From positions 15,820 through 79,819 of the forward strand of contig CACHII010000002.1 of assembly GCA_902579825.1 (NCBI GenBank): a stretch of 64,000 bases of DNA, given 5' to 3'. A program made the translations under genes and the position numbers. Source of the DNA: an uncultured SAR86 cluster bacterium. GTDB taxonomy: Bacteria > Pseudomonadota > Gammaproteobacteria > Magnimaribacterales > D2472. The stretch's first letter is position 1. Each line of letters begins with the position of its first letter. The notes under the pieces are model-generated. The model was not told where the DNA came from, searched no databases, and worked only from the letters and a program-made list of their open reading frames with translations. Positions 1 to 9,152 of this stretch are shown here, one piece after another.

Positions 1-264
1 AATCTAATAAGAGCAATTGTTGGCTCCACTAAACTTGATAATGGTAATGAATATTTTACCTCCTTTTGTTTTCAATCAAAAAAAGATCTCAAAGATAAAA
101 TATCAAATTCATTAAACATTGAACTTACAATTATTTTTGGGAGTGAATTAGAAGGAATTGGCATTTCTAAAGAAATTAAAGCTCCATCAATAAATCAGCT
201 AGTAAATTCAAATGATCTTAAAAAAAATCTTTGGAAAGAGATCAAAGAAAATTTAAATATATAA
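1..264 (+). CDS. 3' end of a gene entering from upstream of the window; possibly DNA polymerase III psi subunit (HolD)
   Basis: Frame 1 is open from base 1 to TAA at 262-264 (...KAPSINQLVNSNDLKKNLWKEIKENLNI*). The tail pattern aP.l..L..n...LW..I resembles the E. coli HolD C-terminus (...SPALTDLRANPTARAALWQQI...). holD-rimI adjacency is conserved in enterics. This is a weak call made from memory. Confidence 0.3.
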   Translation, partial: NLIRAIVGSTKLDNGNEYFTSFCFQSKKDLKDKISNSLNIELTIIFGSELEGIGISKEIKAPSINQLVNSNDLKKNLWKEIKENLNI

Positions 265-265
265 A

Positions 266-703
266 ATGTATAAAGTGTCTCTTATGGATCATTCTGATTT
301 GAAGGAGGCATATAAAATTGAAAAACAGACAAATCCATCCCCATGGTCTAAAGAAAATTTTTTTTCATCATATGAGGTAGGCCATAAATCTTTAATATGT
401 AGGATTGATAACATAATGGTTGGTTTTATTATCTTTTCCGTTATAAACAAGGAAATTCATCTTTTAAATATAGCAGTTCATACTGAACACCAAAAAAAGG
501 GCATTGGTAGTTTATTAATGGAAACTATGCTGAAACAAGCAAGCGTGATGGGAGTTTCAAAAGTATACCTCGAAGTAAGATCTAAAAACGAAAAAGCAAT
601 ACTGTTTTATAAAAAATATAACTTTATAAAAGATGCGGTCAGAGTAAATTATTACACTGGCGAAAATTCAGATGATGCTGTTTTGATGAGTTTAGCCATA
701 TAA
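266..703 (+). CDS. rimI: ribosomal-protein-alanine N-acetyltransferase RimI (GNAT)
   Basis: 145 aa GNAT protein. It has the acetyl-CoA motif HQKKGIGSLL and YLEVRSKNEKAILFYKKYNF...NYY...DDAVLM, as in RimI. Confidence 0.8.
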   Translation: MYKVSLMDHSDLKEAYKIEKQTNPSPWSKENFFSSYEVGHKSLICRIDNIMVGFIIFSVINKEIHLLNIAVHTEHQKKGIGSLLMETMLKQASVMGVSKVYLEVRSKNEKAILFYKKYNFIKDAVRVNYYTGENSDDAVLMSLAI

Positions 704-1183
704 CTATAAAATTTTTGCTATTTCTTCTTCAATCTCTTCAGGCGTTACCTGTGGCCCAAATCTTTTTAATACCGTTCCATTTCTATTCACTAGAAACTTT
801 GTAAAATTCCATTTGATCTGTGGAGTCCCTCCAATTCCAGCTTGCTGCTTTTTTAAAAATTTGTATAAAGGATCCTCATGACCTCCATTTACTTTAATTT
901 TATTAAATATCTTAAAAGTGATCCCATAGTTTGTATCGCAAAAATTCTTAATCTGCTCATTTGTACCAGGCTCTTGAAGTGCAAATTGGTTGCAGGGAAA
1001 TCCTGCAATTTCAAATCCTTGGGCTTTATATTTCTTATATAATTTTTCCAAGCCCTTATATTGAAAAGTAAGACCACAATAGCTTGCAACGTTCACAACA
1101 AGCAGTATCTTATTTTTATATTCTTCTAAAGAAAAATCATTTAAATCTGCATCTTTTACAGTAAAGTCATATATAGATTTCAT
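704..1183 (-). CDS. glutathione peroxidase (Cys-type, BtuE/Gpx family)
   Basis: 159 aa with the Gpx signatures VNVASYCGLT, GFPCNQF and WNFTKFLV. Confidence 0.9.
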   Translation of the reverse strand: MKSIYDFTVKDADLNDFSLEEYKNKILLVVNVASYCGLTFQYKGLEKLYKKYKAQGFEIAGFPCNQFALQEPGTNEQIKNFCDTNYGITFKIFNKIKVNGGHEDPLYKFLKKQQAGIGGTPQIKWNFTKFLVNRNGTVLKRFGPQVTPEEIEEEIAKIL

Positions 1184-1261
1184 GTATAAATAATATGTGT
1201 GCGAGAATGTGCTGATATTATATATTATGCAAAAAGATTTTCATCGTGTGAGTTAAGTAAT

Positions 1262-1720
1262 ATGGGCAAAGAAATAGACTACAAATGGAAGAAGTTTGAT
1301 GAATTATCTTTAGATGATCTGTATGCCATATTAAATTTAAGGCAGAAAGTGTTTATTGTTGAACAAGATTGTCCATACATAGACGCTGATTACACAGATC
1401 AAGATGCATTTCATTTGTTGGGATATAAAGGCGATAACTTAATTGGTTACCTCAGAGCTTTTAAACCTGGAATAAAATATGAGGGTGCTTCTATGGGAAG
1501 AATTGTTACTGAGATAAGTTCTAGGAGATTAGGCCTAGGAAAAGAGATAACACAATTGGGAGTAAATTTTTTAGTTAAAGAATATCCGAATCATGAAATT
1601 GTTATTTCAGCGCAACATCGTTTAGAACATTTTTATATTAATATGGGATTTATTCCTAGAGGTGAAGTTTATCTAGAAGATAATATTGATCATATTCAAA
1701 TGTATTTACCATCAAAATAA
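1262..1720 (+). CDS. elaA: GNAT acetyltransferase, ElaA family
   Basis: LYAILNLRQKVFIVEQDCPYIDADYTDQDAFHL is the ElaA-type motif. I prefer ATG 1262 (MGKEIDYKW) over the GTG at 1199 used by the ORF track. Confidence 0.7.
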   Translation: MGKEIDYKWKKFDELSLDDLYAILNLRQKVFIVEQDCPYIDADYTDQDAFHLLGYKGDNLIGYLRAFKPGIKYEGASMGRIVTEISSRRLGLGKEITQLGVNFLVKEYPNHEIVISAQHRLEHFYINMGFIPRGEVYLEDNIDHIQMYLPSK

Positions 1721-1722
1721 AA

Positions 1723-2664
1723 TTAGCTTTCATTTTCGCTAAGTTTATTAACTATTTCTTCATATACAGAAGAGTTAAACTTGAAGTCATCTATAAAACC
1801 ACAATGTCCACCATACTGTTGAGGTTTGAATTTAACATTATTAGTTTGATCTAGACTGTAAAGAGGTTTTATAGGAACACATGGATCGTCAACAGATGAA
1901 TATATTAGTGTGTTATTTTTTATCTTATTAATAGTATCTTGAGTTATAGCGTATTCAGCAAAAAGCTCTTTGACATTCTTATGTGGTGAAAAGTTTTTTG
2001 TAAAAAATTCTGTCATTTTCTCAAGATCTTTGTATCTTAACGATTCCTCTACATTAGAAATGTTATGTAATCTCATTTTTCTTCTTAATGTTCTGCGCCA
2101 CTTATTAACAAAATATTTTTTTAGAATCCATGAAGTATTGTCCATTGCACGCATTGAAATCTCTGGATCGATTACAGGAGAAATCACAATAGTACTTTTT
2201 AAAAAATTGATTGATTCGCAAGCAGATATTCTCAATGCGATATTGCCTCCAAGAGAAAAACCAATTAAGTGTATTTCGTTGTCTTGATATTTTTTGCCAA
2301 TAAACTCTACTGCTTCAATTAGAGTTTGGATATCAGTAGCTCTAAAAAAATCTTTGTTTAAGTGCTCTGTATCACCATGATCTATAGGATGAATTCTTAT
2401 AATATCAAAATTATTGATGTGCAAAAGATCAGCTAAAGGGATTAAATATTTTGAATCTTTGTGACCCAACCAGCCTGGAAAAAATACTACCTTCTTTTTA
2501 TATAAATTTGTCTCAAATATTTCGATTGACTGAGACTTAGAAGATGTGAAAATTTGTTTGGAAGTAATTCTGTTTAGTTTTTTACGTAAAGGTTTTTGCT
2601 GTATTTCTCTAATTGGGCTTGATGCCACAAGAGTATTAAATAAACCATTCTTAAGTAAGGCCAT
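1723..2664 (-). CDS. alpha/beta-fold hydrolase (YheT/ABHD1-3-like)
   Basis: 313 aa with the nucleophile elbow GFSLGGN, an upstream FFPGWLGH motif and a C-terminal GGHCGF motif, as in YheT-type hydrolases. Confidence 0.65.
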   Translation of the reverse strand: MALLKNGLFNTLVASSPIREIQQKPLRKKLNRITSKQIFTSSKSQSIEIFETNLYKKKVVFFPGWLGHKDSKYLIPLADLLHINNFDIIRIHPIDHGDTEHLNKDFFRATDIQTLIEAVEFIGKKYQDNEIHLIGFSLGGNIALRISACESINFLKSTIVISPVIDPEISMRAMDNTSWILKKYFVNKWRRTLRRKMRLHNISNVEESLRYKDLEKMTEFFTKNFSPHKNVKELFAEYAITQDTINKIKNNTLIYSSVDDPCVPIKPLYSLDQTNNVKFKPQQYGGHCGFIDDFKFNSSVYEEIVNKLSENES

Positions 2665-2670
2665 TAATAA

Positions 2671-4887
2671 TTAAATAATTGGACTATCAAACAATAAACT
2701 ATGAATTTCTTCAGTAATGAATGGAGCAAAAGGGTGCATCATAATTAGTATTTCTTTTAAAAGAGGCCTTAGATTATCTGTCTCTCCACTTTTTTTACAT
2801 TCTTCGATATAGACGTCACAAAACTTGTTCCAAAAAAACTCATAAACTTCATTAATAGCATAATCCAATCTATAGTCTTTGATATTTTTTTCAATTTGCT
2901 TTTTTGAATTTTCAAATTCCTCATATATCCACTCATCAGTTTTATTTGTTGATTGGAATTTGTCATTTCCAGCTGGATATCCGTTAATAAATCTTGCTGC
3001 ATTCCAGACTTTAGTACAAAAATTTCTATACCCTTTAAGTCTACCCATTTCAAAGCTTATGTCTTTGGTATGCGTTGCAAGTGAATAAAATGTCATTCTT
3101 AAAGCATCTGTTCCGTATGAATCAATACCTTTTGGAAATTGATTCCTTGTTTTATTCTCAATTTTTTTTGCTATACCTTCCTGCATAAGATTTGTAGTTC
3201 TTTTTTCAACTAAATCATCTTGGGAGATGCCATAAATCAAATCCAATGGATCAATAACGTTACCTTTAGTTTTTGACATTTTTTGTCCATTCTCATCTCT
3301 AATGAGGCCAGTAACATAGATGTCTTTAAAAGGAATTTGATCTGTAAACTCAAGACTCATCATCATCATTCTTGCAACCCAGAAAAATATAATATCAAAT
3401 CCAGTAACGAGAAGAGAGGTTGGAAAATGTCTCTTAAAATCTTCAGTTTTTTCAGGCCATCCTAATGATGCAAAAGGCCATAGACTTGATGAGAACCAAG
3501 TATCTAGAACATCTTCATCTTGTATGAGTTCTCTGCCATCAAGTTTATAAAATTCTCTGACTTCTTCTTCACTATAACCAACGTAGACATTATCATCAGA
3601 GTCATACCACGCAGGTATTCTGTGACCCCACCATATCTGCCTGCTGATACACCAATCCTCAATATTATCCATCCAATTAAAATATGTCTTAAGCCAATTG
3701 TTTGGATGAAATATTATTTCTCCTTTGTTAACAGCGTCGTTTGCTCTAGCCGCCATTTCTTCAGTTTTGACATACCATTGATAACTTAATTTAGGTTCAA
3801 TAACTATATTAGACCTCTCACCACGAGGTACACTTATATGGTGCTTTTCTTCTTTTTCCAAGAGATCTAGCTCCTTAAGTTTTTCTAATACAGCTTTTCT
3901 AACTTTAAAACGATCAAGATTTGAAAATGGTTCTGGCACATTTTCATTCGAACATGCATCTTCATTAAATATATTTATAGGCTCAAAGTCACTTACTGTA
4001 TTTGAAGTCTTTACTTGATCATCTACCTCGTGCAGTGCATATTTTTTACCTATTTCGTAATCATTAAAATCATGACCTGGAGTAATTTTAAGACAACCGG
4101 TTCCAAATTCCATATCAACATACTCATCGGCTAAAATTGGTATCTTTCTGCCCACAAAGGGAAGAACCACGTTTTTACCAACAAAATCTTTATACCTATC
4201 ATCATTAGGGTTAACAGCAACTGCCATATCTCCAAACATAGTTTCAGGTCGAGTTGTAGCCACTATTAAAAAGTCTTCTGTATTTTCAATTGGATATTTA
4301 ATATGCCAAAGGAGGCCATCTTTTTCTTGTCTTACAACCTCAAGATCTGAAACAGCAGTTTTTAGGGATGGATCCCAATTAACCAACCTATAACCCCTAT
4401 AGATTTTATTTCTTCTATGCAATTCAACGAATGCTTTTATAACAGCATCATTGCATCCGTCATCTAAGGTAAACCTATATTTATTCCAATCAACAGAGCA
4501 TCCAAGTCTTTTAATTTGTGAAGTTATTTTTTTTTCTGAATATTCTTTCCAAGACCAAACTTCTTCAAGAAATTTTTCTCTTCCAAGTTCTTTTCTGGCT
4601 ACATTCTTTTTTGCAAGATTATTTTCTACAACCATTTGCGTAGCTATGCCGGCATGATCAGCACCAACCTGCCAGTACGCATCTTTGCCAGACATATGAT
4701 GATATCTTGTATAGAAATCCATGATTGCATACTGGAAGCTATGGCCCATATGAAGAGTACCAGTAACATTTGGTGGAGGTATTACCTGAGAAAATGAAGT
4801 GTCTGAATCTTTATTTGAAAGCACTTTTTCAGACCAGATCTTGGACCATTTTTCTTCAATTTCTGCTGGGTAATACTGTTTATCCAT
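2671..4887 (-). CDS. valS: valine--tRNA ligase, unusually short (738 aa, no C-terminal coiled-coil)
   Basis: Class I HIGH (PPPNVTGTLHMGH) and KMSKS (GQKMSKTKGN) motifs, an editing-domain TTRPET motif and a WCISRQ motif. The protein ends at HPFAPFITEEIHSLLFDSPII*. Confidence 0.95.
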   Translation of the reverse strand: MDKQYYPAEIEEKWSKIWSEKVLSNKDSDTSFSQVIPPPNVTGTLHMGHSFQYAIMDFYTRYHHMSGKDAYWQVGADHAGIATQMVVENNLAKKNVARKELGREKFLEEVWSWKEYSEKKITSQIKRLGCSVDWNKYRFTLDDGCNDAVIKAFVELHRRNKIYRGYRLVNWDPSLKTAVSDLEVVRQEKDGLLWHIKYPIENTEDFLIVATTRPETMFGDMAVAVNPNDDRYKDFVGKNVVLPFVGRKIPILADEYVDMEFGTGCLKITPGHDFNDYEIGKKYALHEVDDQVKTSNTVSDFEPINIFNEDACSNENVPEPFSNLDRFKVRKAVLEKLKELDLLEKEEKHHISVPRGERSNIVIEPKLSYQWYVKTEEMAARANDAVNKGEIIFHPNNWLKTYFNWMDNIEDWCISRQIWWGHRIPAWYDSDDNVYVGYSEEEVREFYKLDGRELIQDEDVLDTWFSSSLWPFASLGWPEKTEDFKRHFPTSLLVTGFDIIFFWVARMMMMSLEFTDQIPFKDIYVTGLIRDENGQKMSKTKGNVIDPLDLIYGISQDDLVEKRTTNLMQEGIAKKIENKTRNQFPKGIDSYGTDALRMTFYSLATHTKDISFEMGRLKGYRNFCTKVWNAARFINGYPAGNDKFQSTNKTDEWIYEEFENSKKQIEKNIKDYRLDYAINEVYEFFWNKFCDVYIEECKKSGETDNLRPLLKEILIMMHPFAPFITEEIHSLLFDSPII

Positions 4888-4904
4888 AAGAAAGTTTCAT
4901 CAAA

Positions 4905-6416
4905 CTATTTTAATTTCTTACTAAGAATTAGCTGACTTATAAGTGGTACAGGTCTTCCAGTTCCAGCTTTTACAGGAGTGCTATATGAAGCTGTAGCAGC
5001 AATATCAATATGCGCCCACTTATAATCATTAGTAAATTTTGAAAGGAAAGCAGCAGCATGAATTGTTCCAGCTTCTCTTCCTCCACCAATATTCGCTAAA
5101 TCTGCATATTTAGTTTTAGTACATGATTGATGCTCATCCCATAATGGAAGTTGCCAAGCTCTATCACCTGATTCTTCACCAGATTCAATTATTTTATCTG
5201 CAAGATACTGATCATTTGCCATAACTCCACTTGCATGTCTCCCAAGAGCAATGACAACAGCTCCTGTTAGTGTAGCCATATCGATAACATACGATGGTTT
5301 ATATTTCCCAACGTATGTTAGGCAGTCTGCAAGAATTAATCTTCCTTCAGCATCAGTATTAAGTATTTCAATAGTCTGACCAGACATTGAAGTCACAACA
5401 TCGCCTGGTTTTGTGGCTTTAGATGAGCACATGTTTTCAGCGCAACCCATAACACCAACTACGTTAACATCAGCATTTAATCTTGCTAGGGTAGACATGA
5501 CTCCAAACACAGTTGCAGCTCCGCACATATCCCATTTCATCTCATCCATTGCAGGACTTGGTTTGATTGAAACTCCTCCAGTGTCAAATGTGACACCCTT
5601 GCCAACTAATGCAATAGGCTTATCAGTTGATTTGCCTCCCATGTATTCGATAACCATCATTCTAGCTGGCTCTTCACTTCCCCTAGAAACACTTAAAAAT
5701 GAACCCATGCCCATTTTTTGCATCTGCTTTTCATTAAAAGATTTAACTTTAAGCTTAGGAAAATCTTTTGTCATTGCTTTTACCTTTTTTTCAATTATTT
5801 TTGGCGTGCAATGATTAGCTGGAAGATCCCCCAAATATTTTGCTGTATTAACTCCTTCACCAATAGCATATCCAACCTTTGCTGCTTGTTTAGCTTTTGT
5901 TAATTTAGATCCAGTCAAACCTGTTGTAAGGATAGTTAGTCTTTTAACACTTGGATTCTTAGAGGTTTTATTTTTTGTTTCAGAAAAAATATAAACATTA
6001 GACTCAATTGTTTTAGAAACCATCTCAATTAACCAAAGTTCATCTTTACCTTTTGGCGAAACTGTTCCAGGCATGACAGATATATCCTTACATTTATTTT
6101 GATTACCTTTTTGTGCAATGCTTTGGTACAGACTAAGCCATTTATGAGTGGGCGCATCTACATCAAGACCTTTAACAAGAAGAATATGCTTGGCATTAAT
6201 TCCATCTGTTTTTGGAAGCAATATACTACTGCCTGGTTGATCTAAGTGAGATTTGATAGTTTTAGAAAGATAATTCTTAGATTTTTTATTTAGCTCCATG
6301 TAAGACGTGTCATTTTTTGTATTTTTATTAATAACTAAAACAAGCATATCTGTCGATAGGGAAGATACACCTATTGCGTCCTTTAAATGAACATTATTTA
6401 AAACTTTATACGCCAT
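4905..6416 (-). CDS. pepA: leucyl aminopeptidase PepA (M17)
   Basis: 503 aa with VGKGVTFDTGG and NTDAEGRL M17 metal-site motifs. It is divergent from lptFG, as in E. coli and Pseudomonas. Confidence 0.95.
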   Translation of the reverse strand: MAYKVLNNVHLKDAIGVSSLSTDMLVLVINKNTKNDTSYMELNKKSKNYLSKTIKSHLDQPGSSILLPKTDGINAKHILLVKGLDVDAPTHKWLSLYQSIAQKGNQNKCKDISVMPGTVSPKGKDELWLIEMVSKTIESNVYIFSETKNKTSKNPSVKRLTILTTGLTGSKLTKAKQAAKVGYAIGEGVNTAKYLGDLPANHCTPKIIEKKVKAMTKDFPKLKVKSFNEKQMQKMGMGSFLSVSRGSEEPARMMVIEYMGGKSTDKPIALVGKGVTFDTGGVSIKPSPAMDEMKWDMCGAATVFGVMSTLARLNADVNVVGVMGCAENMCSSKATKPGDVVTSMSGQTIEILNTDAEGRLILADCLTYVGKYKPSYVIDMATLTGAVVIALGRHASGVMANDQYLADKIIESGEESGDRAWQLPLWDEHQSCTKTKYADLANIGGGREAGTIHAAAFLSKFTNDYKWAHIDIAATASYSTPVKAGTGRPVPLISQLILSKKLK

Positions 6417-6482
6417 TTATATTCTCCTGTAATGGTATTTACTGATAAGATAAATATTGTAATGCATCATTCTTCACAAGGC

Positions 6483-7628
6483 ATGTTTAAAAAAAATATT
6501 CTTTCAAAAAGTTTGAATGTTGAGGTCTTTAAATCTACGCTCGGAATTCTATTAATTTTCTTTTTTTTAGTTGTAAGCTCTAGATTTGTTGAATATTTTA
6601 ATCAGGCTGCAGAAGGGCTAATTGATCCAAACATAATTTTTAAGGTTGTTTTTTTAAGATTTCCAGATTTCGTCACACTGTTAATTCCTTTGTCTTTCTT
6701 TTTAGGTGTTGTAATCACAATTAGTAGAATGTATGCCGATAAAGAAATTTATGGCTATTTCACTGGCAACCTTTCTCAAAATGATTTGATAAAATATCTG
6801 ATACCACAAGCAATAATATATTTCTTAATAACTCTTTCATTAAGCGTTTACATAGCCCCATATACAAAAGAGCTTTCTAAGAATCTTTTATCTACTGATT
6901 CATTAGAAGAACAGTTCAATTCAATAAAGCCTAATGAAATAATCATATTTAATGACTTTGAAGGATTCATTTTCGCAAAGGATAAGAATAGAAATATTTT
7001 AGATCAGGTTGCATTTTTATCATCATCAAATGAAAACTTTTCATTAGTTCTAGCAGATAAACTAACCTCAAATGATAAAGACTCAATGCTAGATCTTACT
7101 CTTAAGGATGGCTTGGTTTATCAAAACATTTTTAGTGAAGACTCTTCTTTTATATCTGAGTTTGGTGAGTTTAATTTTCCGCTTAAAAAAGATAAAGAAC
7201 ATTCGGATATACAAACTCTCTCTAAAGTATTTGATTATTCAGAAAAATCTAGTAAATCTCAAAAGCAATGGAATATTTCTATACCAATAACAATTTTCAT
7301 TCTACTAATTATTGGAGTTCACATTTCAAAGGTAGGTCCTAGACAAGGCAGACTAGCAGTACTACTTCCCTCTATGTTTGTATACTTTCTCTACTTAAGT
7401 TTATTAATCTTAGCAAGAGAATCTTTTGAGGATAACAATCACCAAACTCACTTTTATTCATGGTATGTGCATTCATTCTTTTTTGCTTTTGGAGTTTACG
7501 CAATGCTTAGATCAAATTTGAATATAAATATTTCAATAAATGCTACCAGCATCATAAGAAAAAGTAATTTATCCAGAGCAGTCTTATTGCTAATTATATT
7601 GTTAATATTTTTATGGATAGCTTCATGA
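6483..7628 (+). CDS. lptF: LPS export ABC permease LptF
   Basis: Multi-TM YjgP/YjgQ-type protein divergent from pepA and followed by lptG. ATG 6483 (MFKKNILSKSL...) aligns with the LptF N-terminus better than ATG 6432 does. Confidence 0.8.
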   Translation: MFKKNILSKSLNVEVFKSTLGILLIFFFLVVSSRFVEYFNQAAEGLIDPNIIFKVVFLRFPDFVTLLIPLSFFLGVVITISRMYADKEIYGYFTGNLSQNDLIKYLIPQAIIYFLITLSLSVYIAPYTKELSKNLLSTDSLEEQFNSIKPNEIIIFNDFEGFIFAKDKNRNILDQVAFLSSSNENFSLVLADKLTSNDKDSMLDLTLKDGLVYQNIFSEDSSFISEFGEFNFPLKKDKEHSDIQTLSKVFDYSEKSSKSQKQWNISIPITIFILLIIGVHISKVGPRQGRLAVLLPSMFVYFLYLSLLILARESFEDNNHQTHFYSWYVHSFFFAFGVYAMLRSNLNINISINATSIIRKSNLSRAVLLLIILLIFLWIAS

Positions 7629-8674
7629 TGAAAATATTTTATATATATTTAATAAAGCGTTCTTTTTATTTTTCATTCATTATTTTGGCTGCTTTTGGTT
7701 TGTTAGATTCAATCTTTATGTTTCTTTCAGAGTTAGAAAACCTTTCAGAAAAATATACATTTTCAAATATATTAAAGTATGTAATTTTTACCACCCCGCA
7801 TCGTTTGATGGATTTTGTAGAGGGCGCTAGTCTTTTGGGTGTCATGATTGCATTAGGACTTTCCAATCAGGAAGGCAATCTAAATACTTTAAGGACAGCT
7901 GGGAAGTCTCCAATGAATATTGTTTTTGTTAGTTCGATTGGCGCATTGATTTTAAGTGCATCTTTATTAATGTTTGATGAAATAGTATTTAGAAAAACTT
8001 TTGTAAAAGCCGAGGTAGAAAGAAATATTACTCTAGGAAAGACCCTTCAAAAAGACCAGGATCAAATATGGGTAAATTATGATGAGTCGTTTTTAGGCTT
8101 TGAAAGAATCATTGATAATAATATCTATCAGCCAAGATTTATTAAAATAAAAAATAATAAACTTGAGTATTCAATTTCCACTAGCGCTGCTCAAATTAAT
8201 AAAAAAAATATTATTTTTCCTAAGGAATCTTTATTTAAGCTATATGGAGAGTCGTCTGTTTCTAATCAAGAGACTTTTGAAATCCCAATCCAATCTACCA
8301 TTTCAATCAAGCACATTGATAATTTAGGAATATCAGATCTTATTGATTATAGAAACTTTCTTTCAAATAGCTCTATTGAACAAGATATTTTATTTAAATC
8401 ACATTTAGACAAAGCGCTATACAAGAAAATGTATTCACCAGTATCAATTTTGTTGCTAATAATGTTTTTTGGTTCACTAACTTTTAATTCATTACGTGAT
8501 TCTAGTGTTGGTGGAAGAGTTTTAATCGCAGTAACAGGAGCTTTTATTTATAAATTGTTTCAAGATTTATCTATTGGAATCTTTATTTCCTATCAATTAC
8601 CAATTTTTATTGGCGTAATATTACCTTCTTTGATGCTTTTATTGATGTCTTTTCTATCTTTTAAAAGAATTTAA
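7625..8674 (+). CDS. lptG: LPS export ABC permease LptG
   Basis: YjgP/YjgQ-type permease immediately after lptF. ATG 7625 overlaps the lptF TGA (ATGA coupling). The ORF-track start 7613 is also possible. Confidence 0.8.
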   Translation: MMKIFYIYLIKRSFYFSFIILAAFGLLDSIFMFLSELENLSEKYTFSNILKYVIFTTPHRLMDFVEGASLLGVMIALGLSNQEGNLNTLRTAGKSPMNIVFVSSIGALILSASLLMFDEIVFRKTFVKAEVERNITLGKTLQKDQDQIWVNYDESFLGFERIIDNNIYQPRFIKIKNNKLEYSISTSAAQINKKNIIFPKESLFKLYGESSVSNQETFEIPIQSTISIKHIDNLGISDLIDYRNFLSNSSIEQDILFKSHLDKALYKKMYSPVSILLLIMFFGSLTFNSLRDSSVGGRVLIAVTGAFIYKLFQDLSIGIFISYQLPIFIGVILPSLMLLLMSFLSFKRI

Positions 8675-9109
8675 ATCATTATTATCATCAGTATGATCAA
8701 GAATTTTTTTGTAAGATGTTTGAGAAACAATATCACTAGGGGATAGCTTGTCTTTTGAGATATACATATATAGCAAAGGGATGCCAAATAGCGCAAAGGT
8801 TATCAAATTCATAAAAAATCTTAGAGATATTTTTTTTATATTTATCTTTTTATTATCAAGGCTGTATATTTCGAATTTCCAAACTGCCATGCCAAGAGTC
8901 TTTCCGCCATGTGTCCAGAAATAACCATAAAAACACCAGGTACTTACAAAAATTAGAAGTGGGCCAACCCATTTTGCCTCTATGATGCCTCCGTTAATCC
9001 AAACTGCAACCGATCCAACAGCAAACCATACACCTAATAAAAGAAAAAAATCATAAATGCATGCGGCAAATCTTCTTAATGGAAATACAATATATGATTT
9101 ATGGTTCAT
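8654..9109 (-). CDS. RDD-family membrane protein
   Basis: 151 aa with an N-terminal PLRRFAACIYDFFLL (RDD-type R..A...D) motif followed by 3 TM segments. The same position next to lptG is seen in Pseudomonas. Confidence 0.6.
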   Translation of the reverse strand: MNHKSYIVFPLRRFAACIYDFFLLLGVWFAVGSVAVWINGGIIEAKWVGPLLIFVSTWCFYGYFWTHGGKTLGMAVWKFEIYSLDNKKINIKKISLRFFMNLITFALFGIPLLYMYISKDKLSPSDIVSQTSYKKILDHTDDNNDLNSFKR

Positions 9110-9152
9110 TTTGGTATAGTACTAAATTATTTAAAAAAATAAATTAATTAAT

